Both the position numbers and the translations under genes were made by a program. 64,000 nucleotides of DNA from Anaerolineae bacterium (GTDB lineage: Bacteria; Chloroflexota; Anaerolineae; UBA1429): positions 2,400,001-2,464,000 of the forward strand of contig OY776562.1 in assembly GCA_963675785.1 (NCBI GenBank), written 5' to 3'. The notes below the pieces were generated by a model. That model ran no database searches and was not told the DNA's origin. It worked only from the letters and a program-made list of their open reading frames with translations. This document shows, piece after piece, positions 51,964-62,001 of this stretch; the first letter of the stretch is position 1; every line of letters begins with the position of its first letter.

Positions 51964-52770
51964 TTATCGCCTCTCTCCGAACAAGCGCCCCACCCAACGC
52001 GAAAGCCGATTGCCGCTGATTTGTTGCTCCAGCGAAGGCAAGCTCTCGGAAGGATCGATGATGCGCCGTGCTGCCTGAGTAAATGCCACGCCAGCCGGAG
52101 ATTTGATAAAGGTCACGGGGCGACCCGTTTTTTCCTGTAGTAGGACATTCTCATCCTCAGGGATGACGGCAAGCAATTCAACCGCAAGAATGCGGCGGAT
52201 ATCATCAAGAGACAACATGCTGTCGTGTTCTGCCAGGTTGGACCTGTAACGGTTAACGAGTAATCGTACGCGCGCGTTCTTTTCAGTTTCTAGAATACCA
52301 ATGACCCGGTCTGCATCTTGGACGGCAGTCAGGCCTGGCGTTGTAACAACTATAAATTCCTCGGCAGGTGCTATGGCATTCCGAAAACCATGTTCAATGC
52401 CGGCAGGACAATCAATCAAGATATAGTCACACTGACCACGCAGCTCATTACATACACGAATAAGGTCCGCCGCGCTGATAGCTGTCTTATCGCGAGTCTG
52501 AGCAGCAGGCAGTAGATAAAGCTCATCTAGCTCTTTATCACGAATAAGAGCCTGCCTAACCCGGCAGCGACCTTCAGCAAAATCAACAATGTCATAGATG
52601 ATGCGATTTTGAAGCCCTAACAAAATGTCGAGATTGCGTAATCCGACATCAGTATCGATAACCACGACCCTCTTACCAAGCAACGCCAAGGCAACACCCA
52701 AACTAGCAGTGCTAGTTGATTTGCCTACTCCCCCCTTGCCGGAGGTCACTGTGATTACACGCGTCTGCAT
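51964..52770 (-). CDS. minD: Septum site-determining ATPase MinD
   Basis: SGKGGVGKST, GLRNLD, DCPAGIE, C-terminal amphipathic helix. Confidence 0.93.
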   Translation of the reverse strand: MQTRVITVTSGKGGVGKSTSTASLGVALALLGKRVVVIDTDVGLRNLDILLGLQNRIIYDIVDFAEGRCRVRQALIRDKELDELYLLPAAQTRDKTAISAADLIRVCNELRGQCDYILIDCPAGIEHGFRNAIAPAEEFIVVTTPGLTAVQDADRVIGILETEKNARVRLLVNRYRSNLAEHDSMLSLDDIRRILAVELLAVIPEDENVLLQEKTGRPVTFIKSPAGVAFTQAARRIIDPSESLPSLEQQISGNRLSRWVGRLFGERR

Positions 52771-52774
52771 TCGA

Positions 52775-53485
52775 TCACTCCCCCAGCTCTATGCCGTCCC
52801 AGGGTTCAACCACAATCTGGCCCTCTCGAATGCGAGCCATTTCAGGCCCCGTCTTGGTTCGGGCTTTGTGGTTATCGTCTCCTCTAGCAACCAAATCGCC
52901 AATACGGAGCATGAGCGGATTTAGCTCCAGTGCACAAACCACAGCACCCGGCTCACCGCTAATTCCCGCGCAGATCATGCCGTGGGCACGCCCCCAAATA
53001 ATCACGTCAGCCCCAGCCCATATCTCTCCGCTCGGGTTCACGTCGCCCAAAACAACCACAGGGCCTGAATGACGAATGACCTGACCAGAGCGTACTGTTC
53101 GCCGGATATACAAGGCTCCCGATACAGGAACAGCTGTTCTCACAGGCGCCGCAGCCGCCTCTGAATTTTCGCTGGATTTGGCAGCAGTGATTGGGGGCGA
53201 TATCCGCAAACCCATTGCCTGAGCAGCCTCAACCGCACGCTCATCGGAAGCGACAATTGTGCGTAAGGCCATATCGTACTTGTTCAACAATTCGGAAAGC
53301 TTTTCGAGGTCAGATTGGTCAAACGGGCGAGCACCAAGTTGGACGGCTACAGTGCCACCCTTGAAAAAGGCGCCCTGTACTTTGAGGTGTGCGTCCAACT
53401 CTTCGAGCAAATCCTGTATATCGCCTTCTCCAAGCGATACAGTTAGCCCATCTCGGGTGCCCTTGATTGAGATATTCTTACTCAT
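52775..53485 (-). CDS. minC: Septum site-determining protein MinC
   Basis: IKGTRDGL, TVRSGQ, LGDVNPSGEI. Confidence 0.9.
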   Translation of the reverse strand: MSKNISIKGTRDGLTVSLGEGDIQDLLEELDAHLKVQGAFFKGGTVAVQLGARPFDQSDLEKLSELLNKYDMALRTIVASDERAVEAAQAMGLRISPPITAAKSSENSEAAAAPVRTAVPVSGALYIRRTVRSGQVIRHSGPVVVLGDVNPSGEIWAGADVIIWGRAHGMICAGISGEPGAVVCALELNPLMLRIGDLVARGDDNHKARTKTGPEMARIREGQIVVEPWDGIELGE

Positions 53486-53505
53486 CAGGGTCTCCTCAGA
53501 ATGTC

Positions 53506-55464
53506 CTATTCGACGGCTTCTGTCGACTCTGAGGTCGACTCGGAAAGGCCAAAGTAATACATCAAGATATCTCGAGCAACTGGAGCCGCTGTTTGAGAAC
53601 CTTCACCACCGCCAGCGAGAAAGACCACAACCGCTACCTCTGGCTCATCATACGGAGCAAATGCCGTAATCCATGCATGGGTGGGAAGATCGCCATTTTC
53701 ATCGACTATGAGTTCGCCATTTTCATCCAGCGCGGCATACTCGGCAGTGCCTGTTTTTGAAGCAATATCGACACCGGGAATGGCGATGCGATAAGCGGTA
53801 CCTGATAGAACCGCCTGATGCAACCCTTCGCGCACTAATTCGATATGCTCATCAGTAGCCTCAATCTCGCGAATGATCTCTGGCGCTATTTCTTCCACAA
53901 CCTCGCCATTCTCGTCCAGCACTTGATAGACAAGCTGCGGCTGGTATAACGTGCCGCCATTGGCAATGGCTGAGGTAGCGTTCAACAACTGCATGGGGGT
54001 AACCAAGACGTAGCCCTGCCCAATGGCGGCGTTGTAAGTATCCCCCGTAAGCCATTGTTCACCATAATTCTGGCGCTTCCATTTGTCGCCAGGAACCACA
54101 CCGCTAGCCTCAGCAGAAAGTGGAATACCCGTTTTTTCACCAAAACCAAACATCTCGGCAAAGGCAGCCAGCGTCGTCATGCCCATGCCTGTCTGATCTT
54201 CGAATCCGCCGGCAACCTGGTAAAAATAGATGTCACAAGATTGAGCCAGTGCATTAACCAGGCTGATATTCCCATGCCCACTGGTACTCCAGCAATAGAA
54301 CGGTTGAGCCAAGCTCGCATCTTCGGGAAAATACTCGTTGGGCAGGTACATTGTGCCACCACAATAGACTGTCGTGTTAGCGTCAACAACGCCGGATTCA
54401 AGTGCCCCTGTAGCCGTAACGATCTTGAAAGTAGAACCAGGTGGGTAAAGGCCGCTGATTGCATGGTTCACCATCGGGCGTAGCGGATCCTCGCTAAGCA
54501 TAGCATAGTCCGCTATGGAAATGCCGCCCGAAAAGAGGTTATTATCATAACTGGGTAAAGAGACCATAGAGAGAACCTGGCCATTTTGCGGGTTCATAAC
54601 GATGGCCACACCCGTTTCAGAGCCTGTATCAGCCATACCCGCTAAGAGCGCCGTTTCTACCGCCTGCTGCAAGTCCACATCAAGTGTCAAAACCAGATTA
54701 CTACCCTGAACCGCTGCATCCTCTTGAATGAGCTCTACCTGGCGTTCGTAAACGTCCACCTCAACCAGTTTTTCGCCCTTGGCTCCCCTCAACAGGTTCT
54801 CTTGTGTTGCTTCAATACCCGTCAGGCCAACAAGATCATCTGCTTCATAATCGAAATCCGTATCGTCAAGATAATCATCAATATCGTCCGAAGGAATGGA
54901 TCCCACATAGCCAAGAATATGTGCCGTCAACGAACCATAGAGATATTCACGTAGCGCATCGACTTCGATGCCCACACCCGGCAACTCGATATTCTCTTCT
55001 TCGATCATAAAAGCCACTTCACGATCGACATTGGTTGCTACGCGAACGGGTGAATAGGCACTGATAATACGTTCTTCTAGAACACGTTCAATACTGTCGA
55101 CCTCTGGTTCACCATCATCCTGGATGGCTTCCTGACTGATTAGGCCGGGTTTACCCAAAAGATCACCGAGACGCGATAGTACAGCGTCATATTCATCTTC
55201 GTCCTCGGGCAGTCCGGCAGATACAATGGTGACCGAAAAGCTGGGCACGTTTTGAACAAGGAGATTCCCGTTGCGGTCATAAATCACACCACGGGGTGCA
55301 TCAGAAGATAGCAAGCGAAAACGATTCTCATCAGCGACAGCCTGATAACTCTCGTAAGATATAATCTGCAAGTCCCAAAGACGCACCGCCAAGATCACTG
55401 CCAAAAGCACAACAGTAATCTCAAAAAGGGCTATACGAAATTTGGGGCTCCATTCTTTCATCAC
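53506..55464 (-). CDS. mrdA: Penicillin-binding protein 2
   Basis: APRGVIYDRNG, STFK, SCD, KTG. Confidence 0.93.
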   Translation of the reverse strand: MMKEWSPKFRIALFEITVVLLAVILAVRLWDLQIISYESYQAVADENRFRLLSSDAPRGVIYDRNGNLLVQNVPSFSVTIVSAGLPEDEDEYDAVLSRLGDLLGKPGLISQEAIQDDGEPEVDSIERVLEERIISAYSPVRVATNVDREVAFMIEEENIELPGVGIEVDALREYLYGSLTAHILGYVGSIPSDDIDDYLDDTDFDYEADDLVGLTGIEATQENLLRGAKGEKLVEVDVYERQVELIQEDAAVQGSNLVLTLDVDLQQAVETALLAGMADTGSETGVAIVMNPQNGQVLSMVSLPSYDNNLFSGGISIADYAMLSEDPLRPMVNHAISGLYPPGSTFKIVTATGALESGVVDANTTVYCGGTMYLPNEYFPEDASLAQPFYCWSTSGHGNISLVNALAQSCDIYFYQVAGGFEDQTGMGMTTLAAFAEMFGFGEKTGIPLSAEASGVVPGDKWKRQNYGEQWLTGDTYNAAIGQGYVLVTPMQLLNATSAIANGGTLYQPQLVYQVLDENGEVVEEIAPEIIREIEATDEHIELVREGLHQAVLSGTAYRIAIPGVDIASKTGTAEYAALDENGELIVDENGDLPTHAWITAFAPYDEPEVAVVVFLAGGGEGSQTAAPVARDILMYYFGLSESTSESTEAVE

Positions 55465-55985
55465 AGAATCCCCGGCTTTTGAGCCTGCTTACGAAGCGTG
55501 ATGAATGTGCCGATCAAATAAAATAACCCGGCTCCTAGTGTATTGATGATCACCGAAGGGATAATGTAATTCAAAATCAAATCTCCCCAGAGTACCGTAT
55601 GCCCACCTGCCCACAACCAGATCACGATGATTATCTCATAAAGCACCGTAGCCAAACCAACGATGCCAAAAAAGGCCGCTGTAAAACCATCCGAAACGTT
55701 ATGGTCGATGATGCCCGCCAAAAGTGCGGCGGCGGCAAAGGCTGTCATACAAGCTCCAAAGGGTGCTGCTGAAAGCGCATCGCAAATAAAACCGGCCGAT
55801 AAGCCAAAGAGGAGTCCGTCTTCAGAACGGCCAAACCACACCCACACACAAACTGTCATCAAAATAACGTTGGGAACACCACCCAGAATAGATACGCGCG
55901 ATACCCAGCTGGATTGCAGTACGGCAGCAATAACGCCCAAAAGCAGACACAATAATGGATTGACCGAAGCGCGATCTTCCATCAT
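55461..55985 (-). CDS. mreD: Rod shape-determining protein MreD
   Basis: Hydrophobic, GFICDALS..PFG; between mreC and mrdA. Confidence 0.85.
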   Translation of the reverse strand: MMEDRASVNPLLCLLLGVIAAVLQSSWVSRVSILGGVPNVILMTVCVWVWFGRSEDGLLFGLSAGFICDALSAAPFGACMTAFAAAALLAGIIDHNVSDGFTAAFFGIVGLATVLYEIIIVIWLWAGGHTVLWGDLILNYIIPSVIINTLGAGLFYLIGTFITLRKQAQKPGIL

Positions 55986-55990
55986 TAACG

Positions 55991-56827
55991 CTACTCTTCT
56001 TCCAACTCATCAAGCATAGTCGAGTCAAAGTTCGTGATCACCATGACACTTTCGAGGTCAAAAAGGTTCACAGAAGGAACCAGTGTGGCGGTTTGAAACA
56101 TGTCGATATCCTGCCGCGAAACCTCGATGATTTGCCCAATAACAAGCCCTTTGGGAAAGACAGAGCCCAATCCAGAGGTGAGTACCACATCGCCTTCGGT
56201 AATTGTATCTTCCTGGGGGATATAGCGCATGACCAAATAATGCCCGGTTTCGCCTTCTACAAGTCCGCTAGAGCGAGAGCTCTGTACAATGCCGGTGACT
56301 GAACTAGAAGGATCGGTAATCAGCATAATGCGTGAAGATGCCTGGGCGACTTGGGAGACACGGCCTATAAGCCCTTCTGGTGCAACCACGGGCATGCCAA
56401 CTTGTAAACCATCTTGACTACCGCGATCGATAATCAGGTAATCGAGTTCGCCCACAGGATCTTTGCCGATTACCTCAGCAGAAAGCAATGTATAGCTCGG
56501 CGAAGTATTCTTATAGTCCAACTGTTCGCGGAGCGACTCGTTCTCAAGCTCAGCTTCCTGGAGGAGGATGATCTGGGCGCGCAACTGAGCGATCTCATCC
56601 TCGGCTGCGCGAAGCTGTTCTCTTAATGATTCTTCTGATACAAACGCACCAGAAATCTCTCCTGGCGTAGGAGAGATAGCGTTTGCAGAATATTGTAGCG
56701 GGGCAATGATGGTCGATACAAGGTCGCTGAGTGGATTAGAAATACCCAACTGATCAAGGATAAACCAAGAAAAGGCCAGCAAACAAAGGATAATGATAAG
56801 GATAGCTGGTCCGCGTTTCCACTTCAC
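55991..56827 (-). CDS. mreC: Rod shape-determining protein MreC
   Basis: TM, coiled coil ENESLREQL, IDRGSQDG, TSGLGSVFPKG. Confidence 0.92.
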   Translation of the reverse strand: MKWKRGPAILIIILCLLAFSWFILDQLGISNPLSDLVSTIIAPLQYSANAISPTPGEISGAFVSEESLREQLRAAEDEIAQLRAQIILLQEAELENESLREQLDYKNTSPSYTLLSAEVIGKDPVGELDYLIIDRGSQDGLQVGMPVVAPEGLIGRVSQVAQASSRIMLITDPSSSVTGIVQSSRSSGLVEGETGHYLVMRYIPQEDTITEGDVVLTSGLGSVFPKGLVIGQIIEVSRQDIDMFQTATLVPSVNLFDLESVMVITNFDSTMLDELEEE

Positions 56828-56845
56828 CTAGGGCCCCTTACAAAC

Positions 56846-57907
56846 TCAAGACGAAAGACGCCCGCGTCGTGCCGAAGAGAGCACCTTATGGTAACGGTCC
56901 AGATCGGCCACGATGATGCCGGCACCGCGTACTACGCATGTCACCGGATCGTCAGCGCGATACACGCGCATATGGGTCTCTTCCGAAAGGCGCTCGGGCA
57001 AACCCTGCAGCAGTGACCCACCACCGGCCAGTGCAATTCCTTGTTCCATCAGGTCAGCCACCAGCTCGGGGGGCGTCTCATCAAGTGTAGCCTTGACCGC
57101 ATCAACAATCACTTGTACCGGTCCTGAAAGCGCTTCGCGCATCTCTACGCTGCTAACTTCGACAGAATCCGGTAGGCCTGTGATGAGGTTACGTCCACGA
57201 ATGGTAATGGTTTGCTCGGTTTCCAAAGGGAATGCAGAACCAATTGCCACCTTGGTGCGTTCTGCCATACGTTCGCCAATGAGGAGGCTATACTTTTGAC
57301 GCGCATAGCGGATGATTTCTTCATCCATCTCATCGCCGCCTACACGGATAGAACGGCTTACGACGATACCACCAAGGCTCAAAACAGCTACTTCGGTAGT
57401 GCCGCCGCCGATATCGACGATCATGCTACCCACCGAATCCTCAATGGGCAGGCCTGCACCAATGGCCGCAGCCATAGGTTCCTCAACGGGATAGGCAGCG
57501 CGGGCGCCAGCATTGAGAGAAGCTTCGCGTACGGCTCTGTATTCCACTTCGGTGACGCCGCTGGGCAGCCCAATGACGACACGAGGTTTGGCGATGTGTA
57601 AGAAACTATTCCCATGCACTTTTTGAATGAAATAACGAATCATCTTTTCGGTGATGTCGAAATCCGAGATAACGCCATCCCGAAGCGGACGAATGGCTAC
57701 GATGTTGGCCGGTGTTCGCCCAATCATTTCCTTAGCCTCTGCGCCGATGGAAAGGACGCGTTTCGTATTCTGATCAACCGCCACCACAGAAGGCTCATTG
57801 ATGACGATTCCCTGTCCGCGGACAGCAACCAGAATCGTAGCGGTACCAAGATCGATACCGATATCTCGAGAAAACAAACCCATAAAGGCCCCAAAGGGAT
57901 TAAACAT
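56846..57907 (-). CDS. mreB: Actin-like protein MreB
   Basis: IDLGTA, NEPSVVA, DIGGGTTE, GGGSLL. Confidence 0.96.
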   Translation of the reverse strand: MFNPFGAFMGLFSRDIGIDLGTATILVAVRGQGIVINEPSVVAVDQNTKRVLSIGAEAKEMIGRTPANIVAIRPLRDGVISDFDITEKMIRYFIQKVHGNSFLHIAKPRVVIGLPSGVTEVEYRAVREASLNAGARAAYPVEEPMAAAIGAGLPIEDSVGSMIVDIGGGTTEVAVLSLGGIVVSRSIRVGGDEMDEEIIRYARQKYSLLIGERMAERTKVAIGSAFPLETEQTITIRGRNLITGLPDSVEVSSVEMREALSGPVQVIVDAVKATLDETPPELVADLMEQGIALAGGGSLLQGLPERLSEETHMRVYRADDPVTCVVRGAGIIVADLDRYHKVLSSARRGRLSS

Positions 57908-57950
57908 TGAGCGTAAGCTCCCTCATAAATTTTTGTGAGCAACGCTTGCG

Positions 57951-57959
57951 ATTATACCA
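57951..57959 (-). promoter_or_regulatory. Extended -10 promoter of the mre operon
   Basis: TGgTATAAT on the minus strand. Confidence 0.55.
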
Positions 57960-58031
57960 CAACTGCTAGGGGCTCAAAAGAACTCCTCAGTAGTTATGTA
58001 GCGCAGCAAGCAATACTCTTTTAGAATGGTG

Positions 58032-58040
58032 TGCTATAAT
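58032..58040 (+). promoter_or_regulatory. Extended -10 promoter of the glycosylation locus
   Basis: TGcTATAAT 30 nt before ATG 58071. Confidence 0.55.
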
Positions 58041-58070
58041 TTGCAAGTCAAACTCGCAGAAAGGCCTGGC

Positions 58071-61004
58071 ATGTTAGCACAGGGTCATCGTAAAACGCTG
58101 AGTGTGTTGTTGCGGTTCCTCATATCCACAATCATTTTTCTCATAGCGACCTTGCTCATCTATGACAATGTGAGCCTTAATCATGCAATCACTCGCGGCA
58201 TTGAAACCGGGAACAAGGTCAAGGTTCAGCCAATTGCCAGCCCATCATTGGGCACAGACCTCAATCTCTCTACAGAGGCTAACACGGCAGAGATAAAAAC
58301 AGCAATCGCCAGAGTAGCCGACGCCGGGCTCACCGGCTTTTGTCAGATATTCGCCTGGGATACCCTCGAACCACAACAAGGCGTCTATGATTGGGCCTTT
58401 AGCGATACGGTCGTTCAAGCTGCCAGTGAAAATGGTTTGCAGGTTATCGCCATCCTCAACCGCTCTCCCCAATGGGCTCGTAGCGATTGGAACAGCGATA
58501 ATGTTTATGCGCCACCCGCAGATATGAACGACTATGCGGCCTTTTGCGCGGCCTTTGCCGAACGTTATGCTGGCGACATCGCTGGCTACCAAATCTGGGA
58601 TCAACCAAACATCTACCCCAACTGGGGCAACGGCACAGTCGAGCCAAACGAGTACGTAGAGATGTTGGCTACGGCCTCACCAGCTATTCGAGAAGCTGCT
58701 CCGGGGGCGGTCATCATCGGCGGTGGGCTGGCTCCTAACACCGAATCCGGCGGAACCAACCTTTCGGATATCACCTACCTCCAAGAGATCTATCGACGGG
58801 GCGCTGGGGATTACATCGACGTACTGGGCGTCAAGGCCTATGGCTTTTGGAGCGGGCCTTATGATCGCACCACCGACGAGCAGACCCTCAACTTTTCGCG
58901 CTTGGTGCTCTTGCGCGAAGAGATGGTCAGCCGCGGAGACGCAGACAAGCCCATTTGGATTTTGGGCGGTGGCTGGGTTGCTCAAGAAGATGATTATGTT
59001 GGAGAGCCTTCTCCCATCGGCGCTGATTCATACTTGATACAAAGTCAGCGGCTTGAGCAGGCCATTGAACGCATTCGCGAAGAGTGGCCCTGGGTGGGCT
59101 ATGCCTGCCTGCAAACCGCGCAACACTATGGCTCAGCTGATGATCCATTGCAGGGCTTGGCTTTGTTTAGCCGCAACGGTTCGCGCACGCTCCTCGGCAA
59201 TGCCCTTGTTGCCGCAGTAAGGCCACAGCAAACACTCTATCCGGGTCTCACCCTGCCCTCTGATATCTATCTCGATGAAAACCTGACTGGCGAGATGGCC
59301 GAAGCCACGTTGTACGGCAGCGGCATCTGGCTGCAAATGGATTCATCCTATACTGGCGGCCTTTCTGTACTGGTGGATGAACGCCATACCGCCACCGAGA
59401 TCAATCCGCCGACACGAGACGACGGCTGGGTGCGCGTTACCTCGGGTATGTCGCTCCGCAAGCACACACTAGTATTTTACGGTGACACTGAGGCTCGTAG
59501 TGCCATCCTGGCCATTCGTGTATCCAATAGTTATGTCAATATCCGCGAGACGATTACCCTGGCCCTTGGCGTCGTGATCGCGATCTGGCAGGCCGTGCTG
59601 GCCGTGTTCGCAGCCAAAGAACTGCCCTGGAAGCGCGTCTGGCAAAAACTCTTGGCCTTGTGGCAAAAGTTGCCTGAAAGTCTGCAATGGGGACTACAGA
59701 TCATCCTGGCAATAGCCATTTTAGCCCTCTCCAATAGTTGGCTGGCGCTGCTGGCCGTCATCTGTTACGGCATCACTGCCCTATTCAGCCCCTGGAAGGC
59801 CACCTGCCTGGCCGCTGCAGCCATACCCTTTGCTCCACTTGGCAGTGGATTGATGGTGGGCCAGTTCGGCATTACGGAAATCACCGTGCTTGTAGCACTG
59901 GCCGCTTGGAGTTGGAATGCTTTACTAGGCAGCATCCAAATAACATGGAAGGGATTCCACCAATTCAAAACCATGGACTGGTTGGTCTTTGTCCTGGTGG
60001 CAATAGCGGCCATAAGCGCCATCCTGGCTGAGTATCAGCACGTGGCTCTACGTGAATTCCGAGTAACCATCGCCGAATCGGCCATCCTCTATGCACTCAT
60101 CCGTCTGCAACGGCACAAGACGACCAAGAGCCTGCTGCTCATTGACATCCTTTGGGGAGTCGGCACACTGGTAGCGCTCTACGCCCTGGCCATCTATCCC
60201 ACATCAGGGGGCGTCATCGAGGCCGAGGGCGTGCGTCGAGCACGAGCCTTTTACGGTTCGCCCAACAATCTGGCTCTGGTGATGGAACGCCTCTGGCCAT
60301 TGGGATTGGCCATGGCCCTGTGGGGCAAAACCAAATGGCGTCGCTGGGCCTATGGACTTTCCAGTGGATTGATGCTCATTGTCTTGTTGCTGACATTCTC
60401 CAGGGGGGCCATCTTTTTCGCTCTACCCGCTGCAGCGCTGGTGCTGGCCCTCTCGCTCAACAAACGTTGGCGAACCATCTTGCTTGTCGGCCTAATAGTG
60501 CTCATCATTGCTGCCATACCCATCATTGGCACCGAACGTTTGACGACCATGCTCGACCCGCAAGGCGGCACCACCGGCCTGCGCGTCTCCTTGTGGCAAG
60601 CCTCGCTAAAGATGCTCAAGGACCATCCCATTCTGGGCATTGGGCCGGATAACTTTTTGTACTATTACGGCGATTACATCCTAGAATCGGCCATGATCGA
60701 TCCCAACCTCTCGCATCCGCACAACCTGCTGTTGGACTTTTGGCTGAGGCTGGGCATTCTGGGGCCGGTGCTGCTCATCGCCATATTGGTTACCTTTGTA
60801 AGAACAGTTCGCAAAAAGCTGCCGGGAACCCACGGTGACCATTACGCCGTCATTATAGGGCTATCTTCAGGGCTGGCCGCAGCGGTGATGCATGGCCTGG
60901 GAGATTCCTTCTTCTTTGTCACTGAACTGGCTCTGTGGACCATGTTGCTGCTGGCCTGGGTAACCAACGAAAATGAGAACAATGGCGAACAGCAAGAACT
61001 TTGA
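58071..61004 (+). CDS. Fusion of a degenerate GH-A (GH5/GH39-like) domain and an O-antigen ligase/Wzy_C domain
   Basis: N-terminal FAWDTLEPQQGVYDW, YQIWDQPN, GGGLAP; C-terminal YGSPNNL, TFSRGA, R..LW..HPILGIG, HPHN. Confidence 0.82.
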   Translation: MLAQGHRKTLSVLLRFLISTIIFLIATLLIYDNVSLNHAITRGIETGNKVKVQPIASPSLGTDLNLSTEANTAEIKTAIARVADAGLTGFCQIFAWDTLEPQQGVYDWAFSDTVVQAASENGLQVIAILNRSPQWARSDWNSDNVYAPPADMNDYAAFCAAFAERYAGDIAGYQIWDQPNIYPNWGNGTVEPNEYVEMLATASPAIREAAPGAVIIGGGLAPNTESGGTNLSDITYLQEIYRRGAGDYIDVLGVKAYGFWSGPYDRTTDEQTLNFSRLVLLREEMVSRGDADKPIWILGGGWVAQEDDYVGEPSPIGADSYLIQSQRLEQAIERIREEWPWVGYACLQTAQHYGSADDPLQGLALFSRNGSRTLLGNALVAAVRPQQTLYPGLTLPSDIYLDENLTGEMAEATLYGSGIWLQMDSSYTGGLSVLVDERHTATEINPPTRDDGWVRVTSGMSLRKHTLVFYGDTEARSAILAIRVSNSYVNIRETITLALGVVIAIWQAVLAVFAAKELPWKRVWQKLLALWQKLPESLQWGLQIILAIAILALSNSWLALLAVICYGITALFSPWKATCLAAAAIPFAPLGSGLMVGQFGITEITVLVALAAWSWNALLGSIQITWKGFHQFKTMDWLVFVLVAIAAISAILAEYQHVALREFRVTIAESAILYALIRLQRHKTTKSLLLIDILWGVGTLVALYALAIYPTSGGVIEAEGVRRARAFYGSPNNLALVMERLWPLGLAMALWGKTKWRRWAYGLSSGLMLIVLLLTFSRGAIFFALPAAALVLALSLNKRWRTILLVGLIVLIIAAIPIIGTERLTTMLDPQGGTTGLRVSLWQASLKMLKDHPILGIGPDNFLYYYGDYILESAMIDPNLSHPHNLLLDFWLRLGILGPVLLIAILVTFVRTVRKKLPGTHGDHYAVIIGLSSGLAAAVMHGLGDSFFFVTELALWTMLLLAWVTNENENNGEQQEL

Positions 61005-61052
61005 CACCGCCCTAGCCTACCTTATACTCGATACACTGGAGAAAGACTGAAC

Positions 61053-61997
61053 ATGAGGATTCTCATCACGGGTGGAGCCGGTTTCATCGGCTCGCATCTC
61101 TGTGATCTTTTGATAACAAAAGGCCACACCCTTGTCGTCGTGGATGATTTCAGCACCGGAAGCCGGGCCAATGTCCAACACCTCGCCCAGTCGGAGGTTT
61201 TTACGCTGGTCGAGCAGGATGTGGTGGCTCAACCCATCGTCATGGACGGCCCACTAGATGCTGTCATTCACCTGGCTTCACTACCCAGCCCGGTAGACTA
61301 TCTCGGTAATCCCGTACAAACCCTGCTCACCGGCTCTACCGGCACCCATCATGCACTTGAGCTGGCACGCGCCAAGGGTGCCCGCTTTTTGCTGGCCTCC
61401 ACGTCCGAGGTTTACGGCGATCCGCTGGTCCATCCCCAAACGGAAAGCTATTGGGGCAACGTGAATCCCATCGGCCCCCGCGGCGTCTATGATGAGTCCA
61501 AGCGCTTTGCTGAGGCTATGACCATGGCCTATTACACCAAATACGACCTGGATATCCATATCGCTCGCATATTCAACACCTATGGCCCGCGCATGCGTTT
61601 GAACGATGGCCGAGTGGTGCCCAACTTTTGCCGGCAGGCCTTGCGCAACGAGCCGCTGACCGTGTTTGATGACGGCAGCCGTACGCGCAGCTTTTGCTAT
61701 GTCAGCGACCTGGTACGCGGCCTGTACGCCCTGCTGCTTTCAGAGGTGCACGAACCGGTCAATTTGGGCAATCCCCAAGAGATGAGCATTTTGGAATTCG
61801 CTCAGCTCGTCATCGAACTCGCCCATTCGCAATCCGAGATCGCCTTTTCGGCGGCCGACGGCGACCGTACCACCGATGATCCCAAGACCAGGCAACCGGA
61901 CATCACCCGCGCCAAAGAGATGCTGGGCTGGGAGCCCCAAGTAAGTGTACGAGAGGGTATCGCCACTGCCCTAGCCTGGTTCGCAGAAAGGGTTTAG
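61053..61997 (+). CDS. UDP-glucuronate decarboxylase (UDP-xylose synthase)
   Basis: [45 protein letters not shown]. Confidence 0.9.
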   Translation: MRILITGGAGFIGSHLCDLLITKGHTLVVVDDFSTGSRANVQHLAQSEVFTLVEQDVVAQPIVMDGPLDAVIHLASLPSPVDYLGNPVQTLLTGSTGTHHALELARAKGARFLLASTSEVYGDPLVHPQTESYWGNVNPIGPRGVYDESKRFAEAMTMAYYTKYDLDIHIARIFNTYGPRMRLNDGRVVPNFCRQALRNEPLTVFDDGSRTRSFCYVSDLVRGLYALLLSEVHEPVNLGNPQEMSILEFAQLVIELAHSQSEIAFSAADGDRTTDDPKTRQPDITRAKEMLGWEPQVSVREGIATALAWFAERV

Positions 61998-62001
61998 CTG
62001 G

